64,000 bases of DNA, from IMG/VR virus record IMGVR_UViG_3300021961_008157; one strand, given 5' to 3'. Below are positions 17,691 to 25,917 of the stretch, one piece after another. Within the stretch, counting starts at the first letter, position 1. Every line of letters begins with the position of its first letter. This DNA comes from a virus. Under the pieces are notes generated by a model. That model ran no database searches and was not told the DNA's origin. It was given only the letters and a program-made list of their open reading frames with translations. The position numbers and the translations under genes are program-made.

Positions 17691-18299
17691 TTATTTTATT
17701 TTTTTAATTTTTAAAGCATACGGGTTAACATACACACCCGGAGATGTGATACTTTTTCTAACAGCACTTCTTGGACCAATTTTAGTATCGTCACAAATTG
17801 TTACATTATCCATTATTAATACATCTGTAGATATAAAACAAAAATTTCCAATTTTTACATTGCCGCCTACTAAAACAAATCCTGATAAAAAACTACCATT
17901 GCCTATAGAAACATTTTCTGCAAATGCACAGCCCCCGTGTATAATACAATCTTTGCCTGTGGTTAGGTTATACCATCCGGACCCTTGATATAAAAAACTC
18001 CCGGGTCCAATGGAACAATTGTTATATGTTGTGCCGGGCGCTGTTGAGTTATGTAGATAAGAAAACCTATCATGATTTCTTTCATCTAACAATGACGATA
18101 CCAACTTACGTTCTACAAAGTCTTTGGTTATAAGATTAATATATTGATAGTCTTGAGAAGAACTGCTTATAAAGTCAGATGGATTAATTCTTGTAATAGA
18201 TAATGATGGATCCTCATAATGAATGTAATTAGACAAAACTTTAAAAGTGGCAGTTTCGTAACTGATAGCTGCCAGCGGTTTACTATTTTTTATAATCAT
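17691..18299 (-). CDS. Left-handed beta-helix acyltransferase (NeuD/PglD-like)
   Basis: Hexapeptide repeats in the C-terminal half. Confidence 0.75.
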   Translation of the reverse strand: MIIKNSKPLAAISYETATFKVLSNYIHYEDPSLSITRINPSDFISSSSQDYQYINLITKDFVERKLVSSLLDERNHDRFSYLHNSTAPGTTYNNCSIGPGSFLYQGSGWYNLTTGKDCIIHGGCAFAENVSIGNGSFLSGFVLVGGNVKIGNFCFISTDVLIMDNVTICDDTKIGPRSAVRKSITSPGVYVNPYALKIKKIK

Positions 18300-18304
18300 T
18301 GACG

Positions 18305-19294
18305 TTATTTAACAGACACAACCAGGATACCGTTATTACCACCAAACCCAAAACTACATTTTAAAAAAGTTTTTTTTGATGAATCGTTGAAATTATCAAT
18401 TGCAGCAGCAAGTTCCACCAAACTGCTGGCGCCAAGTGTATGACCAATTTTTGATTTGTAAGATGTAATTGGAATGTTTGGAAGTATTTTACTGTGTAAT
18501 TCAAGTTCAACACTATCACCTGCTGGTGTTGCTGTAGCATGTGCATCCCAATAACTAAAATCTTCTTTAGAAATTCCTGACTTAGATATAGTATTTTCAA
18601 TTAAATCTTCTAACTTTTCAATATCAGATGGATTTGTTGGGTGTGTTGGAATTGTTTCATACCCTAAACTTTCTATTATTGCTTTTGTTTTTAAGTTGTG
18701 TTCTTCGGCAAAGTTTGTTGACGATACTATAATTGCTGCTGAACCATCGCCAAGCATTATGCCGCCGACGTTGCTATCCATTGGAGGTGCCCAAGTATCC
18801 GCTTTCGAAGTTGCCCCAATGCTGTTAAATATGTGCTTCATAAATTCGATGGAAGCAACTTCGGCTGATATAATTAGTGTTAGGCCCGAGTCGTTTCTTT
18901 GTGCTAATTGCAATGCCTTAATGCCCGAGGCACAGGCCGACAAAACACTAAACATATCTATGTTTGAACTTAACTTAGGATATAACCAAGCTAAATCAAC
19001 TACACCTAAGTATTGCAATGCTTTTGACGGTCGTGATCTGGCGCGACCTTGATTTATATTTTTATGTACTTCATCAACTGCGGTACTATCATTATATGTA
19101 CCTGCAACAATAATGGTATTAATAAGTGGTAATAAATGATCTGGTAACTCGGACAATGCTTTTTTCAGCAAATCAGAATAAGATAAATTTAATGGTATTA
19201 CCCAGCCCTGCTCGGTTTTTACAGGGGTTGCATTTTCAGTCACAGCATCTACATGCTTACTGTACAAAATAGACAACTTGGTTGGAATAATCAT
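18305..19294 (-). CDS. Beta-ketoacyl synthase-like protein (FabF/FabB, shortened)
   Basis: SACASG, DAHATAT..GD, KSKIGHTLGA and SFGFGG motifs. Confidence 0.85.
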   Translation of the reverse strand: MIIPTKLSILYSKHVDAVTENATPVKTEQGWVIPLNLSYSDLLKKALSELPDHLLPLINTIIVAGTYNDSTAVDEVHKNINQGRARSRPSKALQYLGVVDLAWLYPKLSSNIDMFSVLSACASGIKALQLAQRNDSGLTLIISAEVASIEFMKHIFNSIGATSKADTWAPPMDSNVGGIMLGDGSAAIIVSSTNFAEEHNLKTKAIIESLGYETIPTHPTNPSDIEKLEDLIENTISKSGISKEDFSYWDAHATATPAGDSVELELHSKILPNIPITSYKSKIGHTLGASSLVELAAAIDNFNDSSKKTFLKCSFGFGGNNGILVVSVK

Positions 19295-19311
19295 TTATTG
19301 TAAATTATTTA

Positions 19312-19394
19312 TGGTGGGCAAGGAGAGACTCGAACTCTCACTCCGAGGAACTGGCTTCTAAGACCAGCGCGGCTACCAATTACGCCACTTGCCC
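19312..19394 (-). tRNA. tRNA-Leu(TAG)
   Basis: ctggt-CT TAG AA-gccag, variable arm, CCA. Confidence 0.93.
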
Positions 19395-19437
19395 ATTAGT
19401 ATATTGTAGTTGATTTTTTGTAGTTTGTCAAGTGTAT

Positions 19438-19511
19438 TGGAGCGGGATACCAGAGTTGAACTGGTGACTTGTCCTTGGCAAGGATATATTTTACCCCTAA
19501 ACTAATCCCGC
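19438..19511 (-). tRNA. tRNA-Gly(GCC)
   Basis: Anticodon loop TT GCC AA, U73, CCA. Confidence 0.9.
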
Positions 19512-19528
19512 TTTCGTTTATTTATTGG

Positions 19529-19604
19529 TGGCTCCTCGACCTGGGCTCGAACCAGGGACCTACGGATTAACAGTCCGGTGCTCTACCAACTGAGCTATCG
19601 AGGA
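19529..19604 (-). tRNA. tRNA-Asn(GTT)
   Basis: cgga-CT GTT AA-tccg, CCA (followed by a second CCA). Confidence 0.95.
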
Positions 19605-19723
19605 ATATAATTGGTTCGGTTTGTCTGACACTTAACCAATGAACTCTAGAATTCATTACGCTAAATTTCAAACCCAGGGTATTTAACCCGCGACATCAAT
19701 ACACCGAAAGGTTTTGATGCGTG

Positions 19724-19778
19724 TCCTTGATAGCATCACTGCTATTTCGTCCTTGTTACGTTGGACTCATCAGAAGGA
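19724..19778 (-). ncRNA. Type I hammerhead ribozyme
   Basis: tcctt-CTGATGA-gtcc[aacgtaacaa]ggac-GAAA-tagca[gtga]tgcta-TC-aagga: complete core with stems I-III. Confidence 0.92.
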
Positions 19779-19788
19779 TAACGTTGTT

Positions 19789-19863
19789 TGGTGCGCCCGG
19801 GGAATTCCGACATCCCGACCCAGCGATTATGAGTCGCTTGCTCTGCCCCTGAGCTACAGGCGC
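19789..19863 (-). tRNA. tRNA with CAT anticodon (Met or lysidine-type Ile2)
   Basis: agcga-CT CAT AA-tcgct; atypical T-loop GTCGGAA; CCA. Confidence 0.8.
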
Positions 19864-19903
19864 ATATTATAGAAAAGCTGACCGTCAGCTTATATATAAC
19901 AAA

Positions 19904-19915
19904 TTTTAAAGAACA
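19904..19915 (-). promoter_or_regulatory. boxA-like antitermination element
   Basis: TGTTCTTTAAAA versus rrn boxA TGCTCTTTAACA, just upstream of the tRNA array. Confidence 0.55.
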
Positions 19916-19989
19916 GTTGCATCAGTATTTTGCCGTTATAGCAAACCTCTCACTCGTTTGAATGACACAGTCACACTCTGACACAAAAA

Positions 19990-20218
19990 TGCTCTGCGTC
20001 CCCCGGCGGTAATTATACTGCATCAACGTAGCCCACAGACAGGACCCACCGCATCACACACAGCCTCCACCCGCTTCCCGACAGGGACCGTTCTCGCATT
20101 GCCAGCGCCGGTTAGGTTGGACCGCATCTTTCGACGTAAGACTATTATGTCTTAGAACCACCCGTGGCTATCACACCACTTCAATCCTCCGGGTCAGAGT
20201 AGCCGTTGATTAAACGGC
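19990..20218 (-). ncRNA. Unidentified highly structured ncRNA
   Basis: GC-rich non-coding block with nested long-range stems (ctctg/cagag, cccgg/ccggg, ggtggtt/aattacc) and several hairpins; own promoter. Confidence 0.65.
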
Positions 20219-20241
20219 ACGGTTTTTACTGTCTAAACGTT

Positions 20242-20270
20242 ATTATATAACAAATTTGATTTAATGTCAA
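20242..20270 (-). promoter_or_regulatory. Consensus sigma70 promoter for the ncRNA/tRNA transcript
   Basis: TTGACA-17 bp-TATAAT. Confidence 0.85.
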
Positions 20271-20305
20271 CCGTTTTTGAAGCTGAGGAACCGATAAATA
20301 TTGTC

Positions 20306-20587
20306 ATGATTGAAGAATATACCGCATTGATTACCGATCATGGGTTCCCGGTTGTTGCCGCTCTTGCGGGTGGATACTTCATCTTTTTAACCATTAAATT
20401 CATTCTTCGTGGTGTTACTGAAAACATACGGGGACTAAAGGCAAACATTCAAGCACTAGAGCGACGTATTACTGTGATGAACAATGATATGAAACGCATA
20501 GACATCGCAGTCAGTAGAGTACTAGGCGTAGAAGCTGATTTAGACACTATTTCAAGATCCGAGCCCGACGATCGGAGAAAAGACTAA
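20306..20587 (+). CDS. Small membrane protein with coiled coil (YvrJ-like)
   Basis: GFPVVAA motif, TM helix, coiled coil; start taken at MIEEY. Confidence 0.55.
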   Translation: MIEEYTALITDHGFPVVAALAGGYFIFLTIKFILRGVTENIRGLKANIQALERRITVMNNDMKRIDIAVSRVLGVEADLDTISRSEPDDRRKD

Positions 20588-20865
20588 TGTCGCCTTCAGA
20601 GTTGGTAGCTCAGTACGGTTTTCCAATAGTAGCAGCAATAGGAATGGCCAGCATAATATATTATATTTGGATATGGGCAACAAACGAAGCCGGCACTATA
20701 CTAGATGAAACAAACACTACACTGATACGATTAATTGATCGCATACGAGTATTAGACAACGACATGATTCGATTGACTCAGAAAGTAAACGTGGTAACAC
20801 AACTTAAATCAACGCTGATTGACAAAGAAAATATCAAGTTTATTGATACTGTAAACAAACTATAA
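20587..20865 (+). CDS. Small membrane protein, paralog of the upstream gene
   Basis: YGFPIVAA, TM helix, RIRVLDNDMIR versus RITVMNNDMKR upstream. Confidence 0.6.
   Translation: MSPSELVAQYGFPIVAAIGMASIIYYIWIWATNEAGTILDETNTTLIRLIDRIRVLDNDMIRLTQKVNVVTQLKSTLIDKENIKFIDTVNKL
20835..20865. repeat. 31-bp direct repeat, copy 1
   Basis: caagtttattgatactgtaaacaaactataa, identical to 21588-21618. Confidence 0.95.
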
Positions 20866-20876
20866 CAAGGAGTATT

Positions 20877-21524
20877 ATGAATCTAGCATACTTGCCAATA
20901 GATATTCCTACTCCTATTCTTAACGAACAGAAAATAATAGATTGGTTTGAATCTCACAAATTAATAGATCAAGATTATTTGGAGTACCGCCAAGGCCAGC
21001 ATGCCTGGGCTACGGTTTCAACCTGTACACTTCCTAAAGACTGGCGTAGATTTGATAACAAAATGTGGGCTAATCGTAGACAGGAAAGCAACAACAATGG
21101 AGTATTATTTCATCCCGGGTTTGAAGATATATTTCCGGAACTAGCAAGTTGTATTAAACAACTGCCTTTTAAACAATTAACAGTTAGTAAAATGTTGTAT
21201 CAACTAAATGAAATTCCTGCTCACCAAGATGCTCCTGATCATAGAAATCCATCTGAGCCTAGAAGATATACTATATACTTAACTGCACCGGAGTATAATA
21301 CGTTTTATGTTTCTAAAACTGCTAATAGTGAAAAGATATTAATTAAAGTAGATCCTGAGTATTCGTGTTTTGTTTTTAATAATACTGATTGCTGGCACGG
21401 TGCATTAAAAAATGATCGGCCTAAAATTATCTTAACTACCGCAGGTATTTTAGACAATGAAAAACACGAAGCATTATTGGAAAGAAGTCTAAAAAAGTTT
21501 AAAAATCAAGCAATATACTTATGA
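20877..21524 (+). CDS. 2OG-Fe(II) oxygenase-like protein
   Basis: HxD (AHQD) plus distal WHG..R; aaggag RBS. Confidence 0.55.
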   Translation: MNLAYLPIDIPTPILNEQKIIDWFESHKLIDQDYLEYRQGQHAWATVSTCTLPKDWRRFDNKMWANRRQESNNNGVLFHPGFEDIFPELASCIKQLPFKQLTVSKMLYQLNEIPAHQDAPDHRNPSEPRRYTIYLTAPEYNTFYVSKTANSEKILIKVDPEYSCFVFNNTDCWHGALKNDRPKIILTTAGILDNEKHEALLERSLKKFKNQAIYL

Positions 21525-21607
21525 AGTACCATTATTATTACAACAATATTCCAGGACAAGGACTATGTAGAAATAATCTCATCTACACAAGTTTATTGAT
21601 ACTGTAA
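21521..21607 (+). pseudogene. Probable truncated gene fragment MKYHYYYNNIPGQGLCRNNLIYTSL
   Basis: ATGA-coupled to the upstream gene; runs into the 31-bp repeat and stops within it. Confidence 0.45.
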
Positions 21608-21618
21608 ACAAACTATAA
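21588..21618. repeat. 31-bp direct repeat, copy 2
   Basis: Identical to 20835-20865. Confidence 0.95.
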
Positions 21619-21960
21619 TTTACTTAACCCTATCTCTGCCAGATCAACAGTGGCATAAATGTCAAATACTTGATGCATCCGCATGAGTTCAAATAGTGCT
21701 TGAACCGGGCGAGACATACCAGCGAGTGCCAGCTGCTGCCTATAATCAATACTTGAGCGCAGTAAACTGATCAGCGAGCCTAAGCCACTGCTGTCAATAA
21801 ACTTGACCTGTTCCATGTCCAATACCACATGCTGTATGCTGCCATCTCCTGCCAAGTGATTTAATACCTTTTGTTTGAACTCACTGGCGTTTACAACAGT
21901 TAGTTCGCTGACTGTGAGGGTAATGACGGTGACTGTACCTTGTTTTTTTACATTAAACAT
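21613..21960 (-). CDS. STAS-domain anti-sigma factor antagonist
   Basis: VVLDMEQVKFIDSSGLGSL motif. Confidence 0.9.
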   Translation of the reverse strand: MFNVKKQGTVTVITLTVSELTVVNASEFKQKVLNHLAGDGSIQHVVLDMEQVKFIDSSGLGSLISLLRSSIDYRQQLALAGMSRPVQALFELMRMHQVFDIYATVDLAEIGLSKL

Positions 21961-21987
21961 AATTATATAACACTGATGTCGCTGCTG

Positions 21988-23844
21988 TTAAAAGTTATAT
22001 TTTGCCGCAACATAAAAGGTCCTGCCTAATTGAGCATAACCCGATGGTTGCTCATATTTTTTATCAGTAATGTTATTTATTTTAAAACTTACTGTTAATT
22101 TTTCGTTAAACCACGATTCTTCAATGAAGAAATTATAAGTTGCTACACTATCGGCTTGAAAACGTGCAAATGTTGTACCATTTAGGTCATACATTTGTCC
22201 CATATAATTTGCTGACAGTCCAACTTTGAGATTGGGTTTTGCATGCCAAACAGCATGTGCATTACTAGACCACTGTGGGCGTCTTAGCTTTTGCATACCT
22301 AAACTATCAATGCTGTTATTATATGTTGTATTGGTCTTTATCTCAAATTGATTAAAGCGTTTTTTAAGTGCAACCTCAACACCTTGGCTGCTCGATACAC
22401 CTGAGTCATTTTGATATGTAGCAGTAAATGTGCTTGAGTCATACACATATGCAACGGCATCTTTGGTCTTAATATAAAAGAATGTAATATCAAACCAATC
22501 TTGTTTGTAACCAACTTCGTATGAAACGCTGCGCTCTGGATTAAGATTCGGGTTACCACTAAAACCAAAATTATCTACACCGTATAGTTCATAAAATGTG
22601 GGCAAGCGAAAACCATTTGCTACTGATGCTTTAAAGCCATGATAGTAGCCACCAATTCGGCCAGTTAAATAACGATTATATTTTGTATTGGTATCGGCCC
22701 TGGCAGATATGTTTATTAACTGGTCTTTGTTAAACTTATATACGCTATTTGCAAATAGTGCATTATTTGTACGGCTTGAGTCTACAGTAGAAACATACCC
22801 ACCACTGGTGGTATCAATTTTTCCTGCTGTGTTTGAAAATTCATAACCAGTTGTAGTTTCGAATTTGTTAGACATTGACCAAAGTTGTGTAACTAAAACA
22901 GTATTGTTTACGCTATTAAACTTATCAATGCTGCCTTGATTATTATATTTTCTATCATGCATGCTGCGATTGTAAATTATTTTAGTACGATCATTGCTTG
23001 CACTTGCTTGAAAATTGCGCCAGCGCCAGTTGGCTGTATAGTTGTCAACATCTGCATTGCTGCTGTCTAAATTTGTAATGTTGTAATTTTGAATATAGCC
23101 TGTGTAATAAGTCCAATCATTGGAAAACGTTTTTTGCTGTAATGCAAAGTTGTTAAAAGAATATGGATCGCGCTCACTACCACTGGCATGTACGCTAATG
23201 TTATCAGACTTTTCGTGTTCACCTTCAAAGCTGACAATGGTGTCTTGCAAACGATGCCCTAATTTAACTTTCTTGTTAAATGTTTTGTTGCTGCCATAAC
23301 TGGCCAAAACATAATTATTGGCAGTTACTGATGTGGTCATGTCAATAACACCGGCAACAGCATTTGCACCATACAAACTGCCAGCAGGCCCTTTAATAAC
23401 GCTCACACGATCAAGTCCAACTGATGAATGTTGGCTGATATCGTCGGCCCCGCTCACAGTACTTTCATCTCTAATAGAAATGCCATTTAGTGTTAGTAGT
23501 GTATGATTCGAGTCTGTTCCTCGCAAAAACAAACTGCTACTTTGCTTGGTAGTACCATTTTGCATGATGTTCATGCTAGTTGAATTAGACGTAGATTCTT
23601 GTATGGTTCGGAATGGATCTAAATAAACAGTATTCCAGGTATAGGTACTACTAGCTTGCTCTGTAGGTGTTCTTGCTAAAACAATAGTAACACGATATGG
23701 TTCTAAATCAACATTGGTTACATGTTGCCCGGCAACATAGACTGTTGTTAAAGATGACAGTTTGCCAACTTTTTTTATTTCATCTGCATGTGTATAAGCA
23801 GACAAAAACAAAACAAACAAAATTACTGGAAGTTTTTTTATCAT
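21988..23844 (-). CDS. TonB-dependent receptor, BtuB-like
   Basis: Plug LRGTDSNHTL, VIKGPAGSLYGANAVAGVI, GNPNLNPERS, NITDKKYE, C-terminal YNF. Confidence 0.85.
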   Translation of the reverse strand: MIKKLPVILFVLFLSAYTHADEIKKVGKLSSLTTVYVAGQHVTNVDLEPYRVTIVLARTPTEQASSTYTWNTVYLDPFRTIQESTSNSTSMNIMQNGTTKQSSSLFLRGTDSNHTLLTLNGISIRDESTVSGADDISQHSSVGLDRVSVIKGPAGSLYGANAVAGVIDMTTSVTANNYVLASYGSNKTFNKKVKLGHRLQDTIVSFEGEHEKSDNISVHASGSERDPYSFNNFALQQKTFSNDWTYYTGYIQNYNITNLDSSNADVDNYTANWRWRNFQASASNDRTKIIYNRSMHDRKYNNQGSIDKFNSVNNTVLVTQLWSMSNKFETTTGYEFSNTAGKIDTTSGGYVSTVDSSRTNNALFANSVYKFNKDQLINISARADTNTKYNRYLTGRIGGYYHGFKASVANGFRLPTFYELYGVDNFGFSGNPNLNPERSVSYEVGYKQDWFDITFFYIKTKDAVAYVYDSSTFTATYQNDSGVSSSQGVEVALKKRFNQFEIKTNTTYNNSIDSLGMQKLRRPQWSSNAHAVWHAKPNLKVGLSANYMGQMYDLNGTTFARFQADSVATYNFFIEESWFNEKLTVSFKINNITDKKYEQPSGYAQLGRTFYVAAKYNF

Positions 23845-23875
23845 TATAGTACTGTTTAAATAAATTTTATTTCAA

Positions 23876-23953
23876 TGGCGCGACTGGAAGGATTCGAACC
23901 CTCGACCCTGGAGGTAGAAGCTCCATGCTCTAATCCAGCTGAGCTACAGCCGC
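23876..23953 (-). tRNA. tRNA-Arg(TCT)
   Basis: tggag-CT TCT AC-ctcca, CCA; TTGACT-17-TATAAT promoter at 23959-23987. Confidence 0.93.
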
Positions 23954-23964
23954 AAACGATTATA

Positions 23965-24936
23965 CTATAAAAGATGCTTTAAGTCAACACGGTCAACTGC
24001 CTGTTGGAATGGATTTGATTCGAGCAACCGTAAGTTATGTTCAAAACGGGCACAACTGCTTTGTATAAAATTGTTGACTTTCTCAAAATTACTCAGCAAA
24101 TCAAGATTGCGTTCTATAGCATAGTAACAACGATCAAAAGGATCCGACATATTTTGGTAACTGTGATCTACAACGTCGTCAAAAACGTCAAACCCCCACT
24201 CACGCATAATGTCAGCACAGCGCCAACCACCAACCCATAACGGCAGCGTGCCACTGTATATACTCATTATGGTTTTTTCGGTTATTATAGTTTCCCTTTC
24301 AAAAAAAGCCGGCTCGGTGATGATGCTTACGCATGACGGTTCAAAAATTTCTTTTTGAAGAAATCGACGGTAATTTTCCGAGCTTTCAACGTTTTTCTGT
24401 TGTAGTCCCCGATCTAACAAATTTTCTTGTCCTAATAAAAAATGTTTTGTGCTGATGTTAACTGGTGTGTTTGTAATCAATGGCGCATACTTTTCTGACA
24501 ATTGTGCTAATCTGCTAACAGAAACTGTGGGATTTTTCCAGCATAAGGTATAGGTGTAATTGGTCAGTTTAAAATGTTCAATTAATACCAGCAGGAACTC
24601 TCGATGTAGCCGCGGCTTATTAATCATGAAATTAAAACATCGACTGCGTTGTGACCAATCAGGTATGATACCTTCGCTAATAAATGTTTGTGTTTCTTTA
24701 GCTAAAAATTTTGGATAAAGCACTATATTATAGTTTTTTAGTTCATCATCGTGGCACAGGACATGATCTATTAACAACACATGATTGTGTGGATCACAGG
24801 TGCTATTATCTAATAATGCTTTTACATGAAAACAGCGATCGTTTTCATTATAATGATGATCGTTTACAAATATCACTTCGGGCTCGGTTAATACTTCGCC
24901 TGAGTAGGCATAACTAGGTCCGTGAATTTTTAACAT
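23965..24936 (-). CDS. Glycosyltransferase-like protein (GT10-like C-terminus)
   Basis: ITEKT...PLWVG...GFDVFDDVVDHSY motif shared with its neighbour. Confidence 0.5.
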   Translation of the reverse strand: MLKIHGPSYAYSGEVLTEPEVIFVNDHHYNENDRCFHVKALLDNSTCDPHNHVLLIDHVLCHDDELKNYNIVLYPKFLAKETQTFISEGIIPDWSQRSRCFNFMINKPRLHREFLLVLIEHFKLTNYTYTLCWKNPTVSVSRLAQLSEKYAPLITNTPVNISTKHFLLGQENLLDRGLQQKNVESSENYRRFLQKEIFEPSCVSIITEPAFFERETIITEKTIMSIYSGTLPLWVGGWRCADIMREWGFDVFDDVVDHSYQNMSDPFDRCYYAIERNLDLLSNFEKVNNFIQSSCARFEHNLRLLESNPFQQAVDRVDLKHLL

Positions 24937-25865
24937 ATTTGATCTAGGATGTGGTTAAATTTATTGGGCCATGCTTGCTCAAATTCGAGTAAAAGACTTC
25001 GATTATGTTCAGCAGCACATTTAAATCTGATGTAGTCATTGTCACTATATTCACAATTAACAAAGGATTTCAGTTGTTCAACTATTTGAAGTAATCTTTT
25101 ACTATGATCTGCTATTTGGTCGTAGTTATGATCAACATAGTCATCTAGTACGTCAAATCCATAACTTTTTAAATATTTAACTGATTGGGGACTACAGTAG
25201 AGCAGCCAGGGACGCGGCATTTGTAGTGCTCTAAATATTTTTTCACTAAAAGTAATATGACTGTCACTAGCGTAAGTTTCTAATACCACACTTACTTTTG
25301 AGTCAATTATGCAAGATTCTAAGCCTTTATAATTTTCAATATTACTGTAGGGAATTTTTGATCTCATTGTCTGGTGCTCGTAATTGTATTCTTCTAAACC
25401 AGATTCAATATACTGCCAATCATAATTGTTTTGCCTCAACAGTATTGTATCTGGATCTGTTATTCCAAGGCGCTGACAATTAAAACTTACTAAGCCGTGC
25501 TCTAACAAATTATTTCTAACTAACTCGTAAAACATTTGTGAACGATTGCCATCGGCACGATTCATAAAACAATTATAAGCATAGCTAGGAATTTTTTCAA
25601 CATACACTGGATTATAATGATTGATGTGCCAGTATTCGGGCACAACTGATAACAATTTTCCTTTGATTGGTTTTAGTGGTATGTTGTCAGTTATGACTAT
25701 ATCATTTGTCCATGCCGCAGGATCATGCATAAACACGCTATCGATTAGGCACCACGATACATCTGTACGATCTTTAAGAACTTGGTTAAGACATTGATTA
25801 ATTGCATTTTCTCTATCTTGAAAACACCATGACTGCTCGTGTATAATCTGTTTTGGGTTAAACAT
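24930..25865 (-). CDS. Glycosyltransferase-like protein, paralog
   Basis: VVLETY...FSEKIFR...GFDVLDDYVDHNYD. Confidence 0.5.
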   Translation of the reverse strand: MFNPKQIIHEQSWCFQDRENAINQCLNQVLKDRTDVSWCLIDSVFMHDPAAWTNDIVITDNIPLKPIKGKLLSVVPEYWHINHYNPVYVEKIPSYAYNCFMNRADGNRSQMFYELVRNNLLEHGLVSFNCQRLGITDPDTILLRQNNYDWQYIESGLEEYNYEHQTMRSKIPYSNIENYKGLESCIIDSKVSVVLETYASDSHITFSEKIFRALQMPRPWLLYCSPQSVKYLKSYGFDVLDDYVDHNYDQIADHSKRLLQIVEQLKSFVNCEYSDNDYIRFKCAAEHNRSLLLEFEQAWPNKFNHILDQIC

Positions 25866-25917
25866 TGGAAATTGTTAATAGTTTTTTCTAGTTGAATGCT
25901 GCCAAATAAGTACTTAT

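Noticed and set aside
19990-20218. RNase P RNA or group I/II intron
   Set aside because: No GAGGAAAGUCC/P4 signature, no P-Q-R-S elements, no GUGCG start or domain V, and no interrupted host gene
14085-21618. Direct repeats as CRISPR arrays or prophage att sites
   Set aside because: Only two copies each, about 0.75-1.06 kb apart with genes between; no cas or integrase genes in the window
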